From: Craspedostauros australis
Lineage: Eukaryota
Direction of reading: 5' to 3'
Assembly (NCBI GenBank): GCA_030167865.1
Contig: JALAGF010006634.1
Location: forward strand, 1-44,595
Length of the DNA stretch: 44,595 nt
The notes beneath the pieces are model-generated. The model had not been told where the DNA came from. It saw only the letters and a list, made by a program, of their open reading frames with translations, and ran no database searches. Within the stretch, counting starts at the first letter, position 1; each line of letters begins with the position of its first letter. The translations under genes were made by a program, and so were the position numbers. Of this stretch, positions 20,248 through 30,387 are shown piece by piece.

Positions 20248-21117
20248 GTTGAATCGGCTGATGAGCTGGCTGTTGAATGAAGAAGTGAATGAGTGAGCGA
20301 TGGATTGATGGAAAGATTGAGGGAAAGGTCGAACGAGGGTTCGTATGAATGAGGGTCGGAATGAGTTGGTTCTTTGGTGGGAGTGGATCTGATTGTGTGG
20401 ATGTGTGTGGATGCACTCGTAAAGGGTATTGGTATTAGTGCAAGTGGGTGAGAGAAAGAGAGATGACAAGGTGTCAGGTTGCTGTTGTGGTTGCGACAAG
20501 CTTCCGGTCCAGTTCGGCTCAGCTCGTTCGGCAACGATCAGATGATGGAGGTGCAGATGAGAATGGTGAGTGATGTTGTTGTCCGTCTCTGCCTCTCTTT
20601 GTTTGTGCATCATGGTTGGGCACAAACCAACAGACATGTGTTGGAGTGAGGCGAAACGATGACCGCCATGTGGTTGCGCAAGAGCGCCCGTGCCCTCGCG
20701 CTATGTAATTCTCGCATTTGGCGGTATCAACCGTTATTTTACCCATCTCAACGTCCGAGCGTGAGCGTCCGCTTAGTGCAATTCGTGTCGTTAAATTCCA
20801 ATGTGCAGGAATTTTCAATGTCGGAGCGACGCTCTATTCTCCAAACTTCATGTCATTGTTAACGTCTCATCTCCGGCAGAGACAACAACGGATGCATATT
20901 TATTCGTGAATAAATTGCGTTCGTCCATGTTGAGTCACGTTAATAGTTGCTCGGATTGAACTAGAGCACTCTCGCTTCACAGACCTCATGGCATGTATAA
21001 TACCCCCAGTGCAACCCTCAATCCCTGGAAGCGCAGGTATGCACAATTCGAAACAACTCGATCATATCACTGTGCTCCACCATACATCAGATATTATAAC
21101 AATTGTAGCCACCCACT

Positions 21118-22959
21118 CTATGAGTGCTGAACTGTGGACCCGCTTCCCTGCTGTCCACCGCCAAATGCGATGGGAAAGTTGCCACGCACGCCGACCGGCT
21201 TCTTGGGCTTTTGTTGCAGACTATCTACGACGACAGACTCGACAATGGGCTTCACCGCCATGCCGGCCCTGCCCAGCGCCTTGTTCGACACGACCTCGGC
21301 CGCCAGCTTGCCGCTCAGCACGGCGCCTTCCATGGAACCCAGGAACTTCTGGCTCGCAAAATCGCCGGCCATGACGAAATTCTCGATGGGACTCTGCTGG
21401 CTGGGCCGAAACTTGTTGCGTCCCGGCGTCGCGGCGTAGACCGATCGTGGCACGCGCACGACGGTGGATTTGGTGATCTGCGCGCTCTCCGGTGCGTTGT
21501 CGCCAATCTCCGTGGGGAACAATCGCGACAGTTCGTTCATGGTGGCATCCACAATCTCTTCGTCGCTCGCTGCGATCCAGTTCTTGTCCGATCCGGCAAT
21601 CTCGGAGCACGGCGCGAAGACGAGCTCCAGCATGCTGTTCGTGTTGGAGGCGTACTCCTCGCAGCACACGCTCATGTCGGCGTAGACGCTGAGCAAGGGG
21701 GAGCGCGAGAAGCAGAGGCCGTCGACGCTGGAGAGCTTGCGGTCGAACCAGATCTGGATGTTAATGACGGGGATGCCCTCGAGCTCGTCGAGCTGTCGGA
21801 AGTAGGGCTTGGTGGACCATGCCTCCGGCACGAGTCGCTTGACGACGTCGACGGGCATGGCGGAGACGTAGTAATCAAAGTCATCCAGCGTGGTGCCGTC
21901 CGCGAACTCGAGGGACTTGACGGTGCTGCCGCTGTCGTCGTTGACATGAATTGCGGAAATGGGCTTGCCGGTGATGACATGACCGCCCTTGGATTGGATG
22001 TGGTCGACCATGGGCTTGCAGAGGCGCTCGGGCTGGTTGCCATCGAGGAAGGCCGTCTGGCTGCCATCAGCCTCGTTGATAAATCTGTTCATGGCGGTGA
22101 GCACCACGGTCATGCTGAGCTTGTCGGGATCGATGAAGTCCAGCGCCTTGCCCATGGCGATGAAGATCTCGTCGTTGACCCTGGACGGCATGCCGTACTT
22201 TTCCATGAACTGCAGCACCGACAGCTCGTCCTGGCCGTCGATGAAGCTCTGTCCCTCAAGCAGCATGGGCAACAGCGCCGGCACCATCTTGACCTTCTCC
22301 TCCAACGTGAGCATGTCCGTATTGGTGAGGATGGCCGACGCCATGTTAAACGGCGCCGGCACCAAGGGCGGGAATTCGAACCTGGTGAACTCGCCTGGCT
22401 TGTCGGCCATGGCGAAGGTCATCTGGTGCGACTTCCACTGCAGCCGATCCTCGATGTCCAACTCCTCGAACAGATTCATCATGTTGGGATACGCTCCGAA
22501 GAAGATGTGCAGCCCCGTCTCAACCCAATCCCCGTCGTCATCCTGCCAGGCAGAGACCTTGCCGCCCAGCACGCCACGCGCCTCAAAGACGGTTGGTTTG
22601 TGTCCTGCATCGACGAGATACTTGGCGCACGCCAAACCTGACAGGCCACCACCCAGGATGGCGACCTTCTTCTTGGCGTTGGCGGATTGAATGATGTTGC
22701 CATCCTGCATCAACTTCTCGGACAAGGCTTTGGCTTGCTTCCAGTTCTCCGTGAACTTGATGCGTCGTGGTGTGGCACCGCGGCTGGTCTTGTATTCGAC
22801 AGCGTTGTCAGATTCGGCATGCAGAGCGCTGCGGGGATTGGCATGGGGCCTGTTTGCGATGAATGCGCACGCGTGCGGCACGAAGACGAGAGCGGTCACA
22901 ATAGACACGATGCAGGTCATTGCTGAGGCCGATCGCATGGCGACTGTGGATCGCGGCAT
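21118..22959 (-). CDS. PDS: Phytoene desaturase (15-cis-phytoene desaturase), plastid-targeted
   Basis: FAD-binding VAILGGGLSGLACAKYL, GGKVSAWQDDDGDWVETGLHIFFGAYPN, AFLDGNQPERLC, FSRSPLLSVYADMS and LGSMEGAVLSGK. The signal peptide ends ACA|F, matching the diatom bipartite motif. The start is placed at MPRSTV (22959); alternatives are 22938 and 22920. Confidence 0.96.
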   Translation of the reverse strand: MPRSTVAMRSASAMTCIVSIVTALVFVPHACAFIANRPHANPRSALHAESDNAVEYKTSRGATPRRIKFTENWKQAKALSEKLMQDGNIIQSANAKKKVAILGGGLSGLACAKYLVDAGHKPTVFEARGVLGGKVSAWQDDDGDWVETGLHIFFGAYPNMMNLFEELDIEDRLQWKSHQMTFAMADKPGEFTRFEFPPLVPAPFNMASAILTNTDMLTLEEKVKMVPALLPMLLEGQSFIDGQDELSVLQFMEKYGMPSRVNDEIFIAMGKALDFIDPDKLSMTVVLTAMNRFINEADGSQTAFLDGNQPERLCKPMVDHIQSKGGHVITGKPISAIHVNDDSGSTVKSLEFADGTTLDDFDYYVSAMPVDVVKRLVPEAWSTKPYFRQLDELEGIPVINIQIWFDRKLSSVDGLCFSRSPLLSVYADMSVCCEEYASNTNSMLELVFAPCSEIAGSDKNWIAASDEEIVDATMNELSRLFPTEIGDNAPESAQITKSTVVRVPRSVYAATPGRNKFRPSQQSPIENFVMAGDFASQKFLGSMEGAVLSGKLAAEVVSNKALGRAGMAVKPIVESVVVDSLQQKPKKPVGVRGNFPIAFGGGQQGSGSTVQHS

Positions 22960-23712
22960 TTTTCTGCTGGTCGGTGATGGATATGGATGGTGTTGATGTT
23001 GCTGCTGCCACGAGTATAGTACTGTGAATCGATGGTCGAGTGTTGGATGGACAATGTGGCTGTGGATGTGAATGTGAGAGTGAGAGTGTATTGAAGAATG
23101 AGGACTCTGCTTCTGAACGACAGCAACGTGAATGTGATGTGGCGTTGCTCCTTGATCCTCTCCTATTCGTCCTGCAAATAGAGTATTGCGAGCGATACAT
23201 GAAGCCGATCGGAACAAAGGGACATCAACCAACTCATCCGGTGGACTCTTCCCAAAGAATACCATCACCAACACCCACCAACTCACCAACTCACCAAGGC
23301 AAGTCGAGAGTCACAAGAGAGAGGCCAATGATGTGGATTGCACCTTGTCATCAGCCATCAACGAATGCAGTTGATGTGTGTCTGTTGTTGTGGTGTCGGA
23401 TCCAAATGCGTCAGAATTCGTATCCACGATTGACGACAAATCGATTCCCACAAATCCGCAATCACGAGTAAGACATGCCTACGTCATCCAATACGCAAAG
23501 ATTGGAACACAAACGTTGTTCGTTGTTTGTCGCGTGACCCATCAACACAATGATCTCTGCGATGATGCTGTCGCGGTTGGTGTTGTTGTTGAAGAGGCTC
23601 TGGGACTCCACTGGGCACTTTGTTCATTGATCGACAGTCGTCACAACAACGACAGATGCACACACACACACACTGCATTGGCACTCTATCAGTATTGAAT
23701 TGACTTGCAAAG
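22960..23712. promoter_or_regulatory. Divergent (putative bidirectional) promoter region between PDS and the INO1-like gene
   Basis: The two start codons are head-to-head about 750 bp apart. No specific cis-elements were identified. Confidence 0.4.
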
Positions 23713-25140
23713 ATGGAAGCACCGAAGAAGGTCGGAATCCTGACAGTCGGCATTGGCGGAAACAATGGCGTGACGATGATCGCCGGCATCCTTGCCAACC
23801 AGAAGAAGTTGGAGTGGGAGACATCGTCGGCGGGACGCGTCAGCGCTCCCAACTGGAATGGTTGCATCACGCAGCTGGAGCCACGCGGTGTGCCAGGATG
23901 CGAGGGCGTGGGCTTCAAGGGCCGCTACCCCCTTGCGGATGCTGCCACGGCCGCCTTTGGCGGATGGGACATTCGGCCCACGAAGTTGGGTGACTCCCTT
24001 TATGACTCTCGTGTCCTCGACTACGACCTCGTGCGGCAGGTGCGAGACGAGATGAATGAGATGGCCATCCTGCCGGGCGTCTACGATGCCAGCTTCCTGG
24101 GCGAGAGCCAGCATCCCACGGCCACCAACATCGTCACGGACGCATCGACGTTCCTGGAGAAGGTGGAGCATCTGCGCAAGGACATTCGCCAGTTCATCGC
24201 GGACAACAGCATCGACGGCCATACCACCGTCATATGGTCCGCCAGCGTGGAACGTCCCAGCGAGGCTCAGTTCGCCTCGGCCGATGCTCTGCTGCAAGCC
24301 ATCCTCGACAACAGCACCGACATGGACATCTCGCCGTCCATCCTGTACGCCGTTGCGGCCGCGCTGGAGGGATGCTCCTTCGTCAACGGCGGTTCGCAGA
24401 ACACCATGTCCGCTTCCATGATGCAGCTGTACGAGGCGTCGTACCGATCGGGTGCCTCCGCGGTCCTGGCCAAGTACGCAACCGTCTCGACCAAACCGGC
24501 CTACTGCCTCGGCACGGATTTCAAGGCCGGCCAGACCAAGTTCAAGACGGCCGCCGTCGAGTACATCCGCGCCTTGGGTCTCACGCCGCGCGTTATCGCC
24601 TCCTCCAACCACCTCGGCAACAACGACATGCTCAACCTCACGAGCAAGAAGACCGTGCAAGCCAAGATGCGCGTCAAGAGCAACATCTTCGGTCCGTGGC
24701 AAGAGGACCAGCTCGATCACCAAGTCCGAGTCATGTACACGCCCTTCATGCTCGACGAAAAGCGCGACGTCGTTGAGTACACGAGTCTGGGATTCCTGCA
24801 TTGCCCCCACACCATGCTGACTTACACGCGCTGCATGGACAGCGTTCTGTGCGTGCCGCTCATGATCGATGCGGCCGTGTGGTGCGATTTGTTTGCGCGC
24901 CACGACAAGGATTCGGCATTGGTGGCGCGTGCCACGGCCTACCTCTTCAAGGTGCCCGAAGGTGGAGCGCAGGGTGTCGATCCGGGATTCCAGCGGCAGA
25001 TGGCGGCGTTGGAAGATGCTTTGCGTACGACGGTCGGTGGCGGCGACGCGGATGCAGCGGTGTTGGCGGAGTTGCTGCAGAAGGGCGTCGCGGCGGGCAT
25101 CATCGATCAAGCGCAGGCTGATAAGCTCAAGGCGCTGTAG
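23713..25140 (+). CDS. INO1: Myo-inositol-1-phosphate synthase (inositol-3-phosphate synthase)-like protein, divergent, 475 aa
   Basis: [62 protein letters not shown] and YLFKVP correspond in order to the conserved MIPS blocks. Confidence 0.88.
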   Translation: MEAPKKVGILTVGIGGNNGVTMIAGILANQKKLEWETSSAGRVSAPNWNGCITQLEPRGVPGCEGVGFKGRYPLADAATAAFGGWDIRPTKLGDSLYDSRVLDYDLVRQVRDEMNEMAILPGVYDASFLGESQHPTATNIVTDASTFLEKVEHLRKDIRQFIADNSIDGHTTVIWSASVERPSEAQFASADALLQAILDNSTDMDISPSILYAVAAALEGCSFVNGGSQNTMSASMMQLYEASYRSGASAVLAKYATVSTKPAYCLGTDFKAGQTKFKTAAVEYIRALGLTPRVIASSNHLGNNDMLNLTSKKTVQAKMRVKSNIFGPWQEDQLDHQVRVMYTPFMLDEKRDVVEYTSLGFLHCPHTMLTYTRCMDSVLCVPLMIDAAVWCDLFARHDKDSALVARATAYLFKVPEGGAQGVDPGFQRQMAALEDALRTTVGGGDADAAVLAELLQKGVAAGIIDQAQADKLKAL

Positions 25141-25434
25141 ATCAGGTCGTTGCCGCATCGTGGTGGCGACGCTGCATGGTGCGCACACTCACTCGTGCGT
25201 TAAGGCAAGCACGGCGGGCACAGACGAGTACTCCCTACAAATAGAGAGAATAGTCGTGAAACATCGGTGCGATACTCAGGATCAATAACAGATGATGTTA
25301 GTTCGATGTTAGATAATCATGGTCATCATGTCAATTGGACTGTCCGTGCTGCCTCCAGAATACTACATACGAGTGTATGATAATGTTTGCTGCCCTATAC
25401 TCTATGCAGTCGTGCCAATATGTAGTGCTCGTGT

Positions 25435-26794
25435 TTATTTCCTCTTCTTCTTCTTGGACTTGGTGGTGGGCGCGACCTCACCGTAGACGTTGTCGACCTT
25501 GTTGCCGGTCTTCATGTCGACGCAGATCATGGCGGGCAATCCCTGGCAGCAGACGGTGCAGCAATCGCATCGGACCTCCGGCTTGTGGCCGTAGCAGTCG
25601 GCGGCCAGGACATCCAGCTTTCTGTCGCAGATCTCCTGGGGCATTGTGCCCGTCAGGTTGTTGTCGTGCAAATCGAGCACCTCTGCAGATGTAGTTGCGT
25701 TTCGTTGCATTGCATGGCGCAGCCATTTGGTTGAATCCGGATTGGCATGGAGCAGGAGAGGATTCGGATTCGAGCAGTGGGAAAGGGGGGCAAGAAGAAT
25801 GCGGAGATGACGTGAGCATTTGAATTGCCATAGCCAATGCAGTAGAGCAACTTGAATCCCCGACAGATTCCCATCTCCAAAGGTTTCATTCGAGTGGTCG
25901 GCATGCTGCGTGCTGCAAACTGTATCTGTCATCTGCCCATCATGATGTCCATCACAAATACTATATGACAATCAACCAATTCGGCGATGAATCAATGAAT
26001 GAATCATGACAAAGAAGCCCAACCAGATGGAACATACTCAATTTGGGCAACCGCGCCAACTCCTTGGGAATGCGACCTTCGAACATGTTGGCGTAAAGAT
26101 CGATGACCTCGAGCTTCTTGAGGCTGGCCAGTTCGCGTGGAATGGTGCCGCCCATGTAGTTGCCAAAGAGATGGATCTCCCGCAGCTTCGTCATGTGCGC
26201 GATCTCCTTGTGCAAGGCGCCGAACATGCCGTTCATGTGCAGACGCAAGTACTCGAGCTTGTTGATGCTGGCAAAGAGCTTGTGCGGGATGACGCCCTGC
26301 AGGTCGTTGCCGTGCATGTCGAGGTCCTTGAGGGCTGTCAGCATGCCGAGCTCGCGCGGCAGGAGGCCGTCGACCTTCATGTATCCCAGATCCAGCTCGA
26401 CGACCGTCTTGAGGGCGTTGCACTTGACGCCGAACCACTTGCACTCGTGGCTGGCAGTCATCCATCCGGAGTTGTAGTCCCAGTTGATGCCCTTCGTGGC
26501 GAAGTAGACGACGGCCAGGGCGAATCGCTGCGGGTTCCATCCCTTGTTCTCGCGCAGCATCCAGCAGGCGGCCTCGTGCTGCGGCGAGGTGGACAGCTTG
26601 AGGGAGGCCGTGCCCACCTGGCCGACCAAGGCCTTCAGCACCTTCTCGTGCTTGCGCTCGATCACCGGCTGCCCGCTGCACAGATTCTGGTAGTTCTGGT
26701 AGATCATCTTGTTGCTGGCGGCCGCTGCTGGCTGGGCCATCAGGGCCAGCAGCGTCATCGCGACCATCAGGCAGGCCTTCATTGTTCCTGTCAT
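25435..26794 (-). CDS. Secreted leucine-rich-repeat protein (diatom LRR type), 2 exons, about 334 aa
   Basis: Signal peptide MKACLMVAMTLLALMAQPAAA. The LRR N-cap reads QRFALAVVYFATKG..W...HECKWFGVKC, followed by plant-type LxxLDLxxNxLxGxIP repeats. Exon 1 is 26794-26038, a phase-1 intron spans 26037-25683 (GTATGT...TGCAG), and exon 2 is 25682-25435 with the C-cap LAADC...CDCCTVCC. Confidence 0.9.
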
Positions 26795-29208
26795 TCTTCC
26801 AATGCGGCTGCTTCTGCGGTGCTCACAATCTCAAGGTAGGTGGTCTACTGGCAGTTTAACTAACTGAGTGGTGCCGCGAGGGAGCGTCTTCCTTTCGTGT
26901 GGAACAATAGCAGCCCCGACAACGTTTTCAGGAGTTGATGTCAATCTCAACGGCGTCAGCGCTTGGGCTGGTTGATTGATGGGTGGGCTGAATGGATCGG
27001 CATGGGGCTGGCGGAAACAGCGATGTGTGATGGCCCTCATCCTTTTGCGCGCATTTTCTGTTGGAGTTTCGGCGTGTTGATGGAATCACGTCATGATTTG
27101 TTTCCAGGTGGCAAACGATGATTCTCGCGATGCGTGCGCATTCCAGACAAAACAAATGTTGTTTTGTTTCCGATCCGATGGATCGATCATCCGACTAGAC
27201 TTTGAGAGTAGAGTAGAGCAGAGCATCTTGTCGTATCCAACGGCGAACTCTTCGCAGGGATACGCGAACTACAAAACACGACCACCGCAGGTACTTGTAA
27301 TGCGCAAAGACCCACAGTTGGTGCTCGGGTTGGGCTCCTGGTGTCTTGTTCTTACCGCCCACTTTTTACTTTGTGCTTGTCGCAAACGGCGCAACACCAG
27401 AGAGTCGGCGACCTGCTGGTGGTTCGGTTGCAGAACATTCTCCGTATCCACCCACAATCGAATGGCTGATGTGGATTCGAATGTCCTGAGGGAGTCTTGT
27501 TGATACGGATACACAGGCCGAGGGAGCGGGGGAGATATGGTGAATGGAAACTGGTGATCTGGGCGGAGAATCCAAGTCGGGCCCAACGCATTACAGGAAG
27601 GCACTGGGGCATAGCTTTTGCTGTTCCCATCATCGACATTGACACGAACATGTCTTGGATGTTGCTAGAGCGGAATGGTGGTAAAGCGCAGGCAGGACAC
27701 AGTTGGGCAGTTCGAGCATCCCATTGGATTCTTTGGCCGTGAAAGGACATCTTGAGCAACAACAACAAACCAGCCTCTTGGCCGTCGACTTGGAGACGTG
27801 CGGACCTTTCTTCTCCATGTCTTTGCTGTGATGTTGTGATGTTGTGGTGCCAGTTTTCTGTTGCCCATCTCCCTCCTGCTCCTGCAAGGAAGTGCATGGG
27901 GGGTGCCGTATGTTTGATCGGCAACGCAACCGCACTCGTAGGTACAATGGGCAGTTTCCATGGTGCCTCCTCAGCTAGCCAGCTTGTACTCTCTCGCGAG
28001 TATTTGGCTCGCTGGTATCCGCACAGAGCGTCGGGACTGAAAGATTCGCAAGCCACATCATCTTTGGTTGGACACGATGGTTTGCACAAAAGCCGACCAG
28101 TACTTCACCCATCATCACCCCGCCAATGAGATGGTCGGAAGGGAAAGTGAAGCTGTGGAGCAAGACCAAACTGGTTTTGAGGACCTGCACACTGTCGCAG
28201 ATGTTCTTCGTCCCGGCATGAATGAATGATGACGTTGCCATCCGCTGTCAAGAGTAACAAGGCAGCTTGTGCCACCAACTGCCTGGGTCAAGGTCCAAAG
28301 AACCGCAAAGTCGGCAACAACATCTACGGTCGGCTCGCACATTGACCTGCTCCACGAGTGGACGAGTGGACGAGTCGACGAGTCGATGAGAAGTGAGGAA
28401 GTGTACGATGATCGATGATGGGCAGTGCAAGGCTTCTACCCGCATCATAGCATAGCGCACATCACTATTGAACAGCAGACACGTGGTCAATCGCGTTGGT
28501 TGGCTGAGGAACCGAGTTGCCGGCGGATGAATGGATGGATGAATGGATGAATGGATCGCTCCATCGCGCCGACAACCTGCAAAAGAGCGAGCACATAAAA
28601 CTACTGCGAGTACGAGAATGCTTTTGGTTGAACCGTGCATGTCTTGTCACAAACCTCGCCTCCACGCCCATACATCAAAGGTTCCAATGACACGTATCAA
28701 GGCAGGAGCAAAATCAGGAGTTTCAACTAATCATGTGTTAGTGAGCACCATGCTCGCACACCTTCCTTGGTGCTGCGACTCGACACACACGCAAAGAATG
28801 CTTGAGTTGCTCTGTGTGTGGCAACGGGTTGGAATTTATTGAGTTTGAAGTTTGAGACTGTTGGAATAGATGAGGTATTATAGAATGCATTACGGCAACC
28901 ACAACTGCAACATCATGCACGTTGTACGTGCGCACGTTAATGGGCATGCGAGTCTGGATACACTGGTGGTACTGATGCTTCTGCGTCCGACTCGGCGGTA
29001 TCGCAATGATGTCGGTTTTGCTGACACTGTTGCCGCCGCTACCGTTGTTGAATGAAAATTGACGTCGATGACGATGAAAATGAAGATGCAAATGAGAAAG
29101 GATGGCGCGGATTGCGATCATCGAGAAGGCAACAAATAGTCGCGGCGCGGTGTTGCATTTGTGCCGCGTCCAGGTTGAATCGAACGACGTCGAAGCGCGC
29201 AGCACTTC

Positions 29209-30387
29209 CTATGCCGCACCTGCGTGCCTCCTCGATGGGTCCAGCAGCTTCCTTATCGCTTCAATGACCGATCGATGCATCACCGGGCTATCGCTGTTGC
29301 TAATGTCGGTGAAGGGGTCTCCACGCGTGTCTTGACGTGCTCCAAAACCATATCCCGCGTCGTCGCCGTCTTCTGCGCTCTCGCTCACGCCTGAAGATGG
29401 ATGAAGGTTTGCGGTGTGGCTATAGCTGTGATTCACATCGGTGTTGCGCGACGATGTGTCTGGTGTGGTGGGTTCTCCGGCGGCATTCAAGTCCGGATCA
29501 TCCGCGTAGTTGTAGGTGGTGTAGGTGAATTGGAAGCTCCACGGCAGGGAGATCATCTGCGGCGGTGGCATTCCATTGAGATGCAAGAGCACGAGATTTA
29601 CCGCTTGGTACACGCAGTGCTCCATGATGGAATCGACGACGACGACTGCCCGGTGCTGCAGGATCGCCATGGCATACTCCAACGACGCTCGCGCACGACC
29701 CCATTGCCTGGCCGAGAGGAAGATGAGGCCAACGTCGTACCATGTCATCGCCAACGCTGTCGGAGATAGCGTGCCGGGATCGTTGAGAAGCACCTGCAAG
29801 AAGAGCTGCCCTGCCAAATCCTGCCGTCCCCGCAGCAGATGGACCTGCCCCAGCCGATGCTTCGCCTGGGCCAGCAATGTGTGGAACGGATTCGGGTCCT
29901 TGCTGCCATTCTCATCCGTCATGGTCGACGCAGCAAGCGCGGCGTCAAAGTCGTTTGCGTCGGAGCACAGCGCCCAGTTCTCCAGCAACGAGCATGCCTG
30001 GATGAGTGCGACCTCTGCAACGGCGGGGTCTGTGGATACAGTGCCAACGTGCAGAAGCTTCTTTGCCACCTGGAGCTGCTCTTCGATGAGCTCTGTCGTC
30101 ACCACTGCCTGCTGTATCGATTCGAGCGACATCGACAGTGTGTGCGGAGTGCTCGAGACATGCAACTGTGTGGACGGCAATGTCGATTGCTGCTGCTGCT
30201 GCAGCTGTTGTGGATAACGATGACGGAAGCCCTGGTGCTGGATTTGATGGAGATGGTTGCCCCAGTGTTGTTGTTGTTGCTGCTGCTGCTGCATACTGAG
30301 ATTCATCTGGTCATTCGATGGAGTGGCGACGACGCTTTGTATGATCATCATCATCATCTGCGACGGTGGGGTGATGGCCGAGTGCAT
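29209..30387 (-). CDS. TPR-like helical repeat protein with a poly-Q N-terminus, 392 aa
   Basis: TPR-like segments AQAKHRLGQVHLLRGRQDLAGQLFLQVL and AMTWYDVGLIFLSARQWGRARASLEYAM. The protein ends in HAGAA. Confidence 0.7.
   Translation of the reverse strand: MHSAITPPSQMMMMIIQSVVATPSNDQMNLSMQQQQQQQQHWGNHLHQIQHQGFRHRYPQQLQQQQQSTLPSTQLHVSSTPHTLSMSLESIQQAVVTTELIEEQLQVAKKLLHVGTVSTDPAVAEVALIQACSLLENWALCSDANDFDAALAASTMTDENGSKDPNPFHTLLAQAKHRLGQVHLLRGRQDLAGQLFLQVLLNDPGTLSPTALAMTWYDVGLIFLSARQWGRARASLEYAMAILQHRAVVVVDSIMEHCVYQAVNLVLLHLNGMPPPQMISLPWSFQFTYTTYNYADDPDLNAAGEPTTPDTSSRNTDVNHSYSHTANLHPSSGVSESAEDGDDAGYGFGARQDTRGDPFTDISNSDSPVMHRSVIEAIRKLLDPSRRHAGAA

Noticed and set aside
21124..22641. 505-aa plus-strand ORF
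   Set aside because: Antisense shadow of PDS caused by GC3 codon bias.
22960..23289. 110-aa N-terminal extension of the PDS ORF
   Set aside because: Low-complexity His/Ser-rich reading upstream of a clear signal peptide; probably 5' UTR or promoter.
23689..25188. 499-aa minus-strand ORF
   Set aside because: Antisense shadow of the INO1-like gene.
26900..29100. Numerous short ORFs between the LRR and TPR genes
   Set aside because: No domain features; contains (GATG/GAAT)n microsatellites typical of intergenic DNA here.
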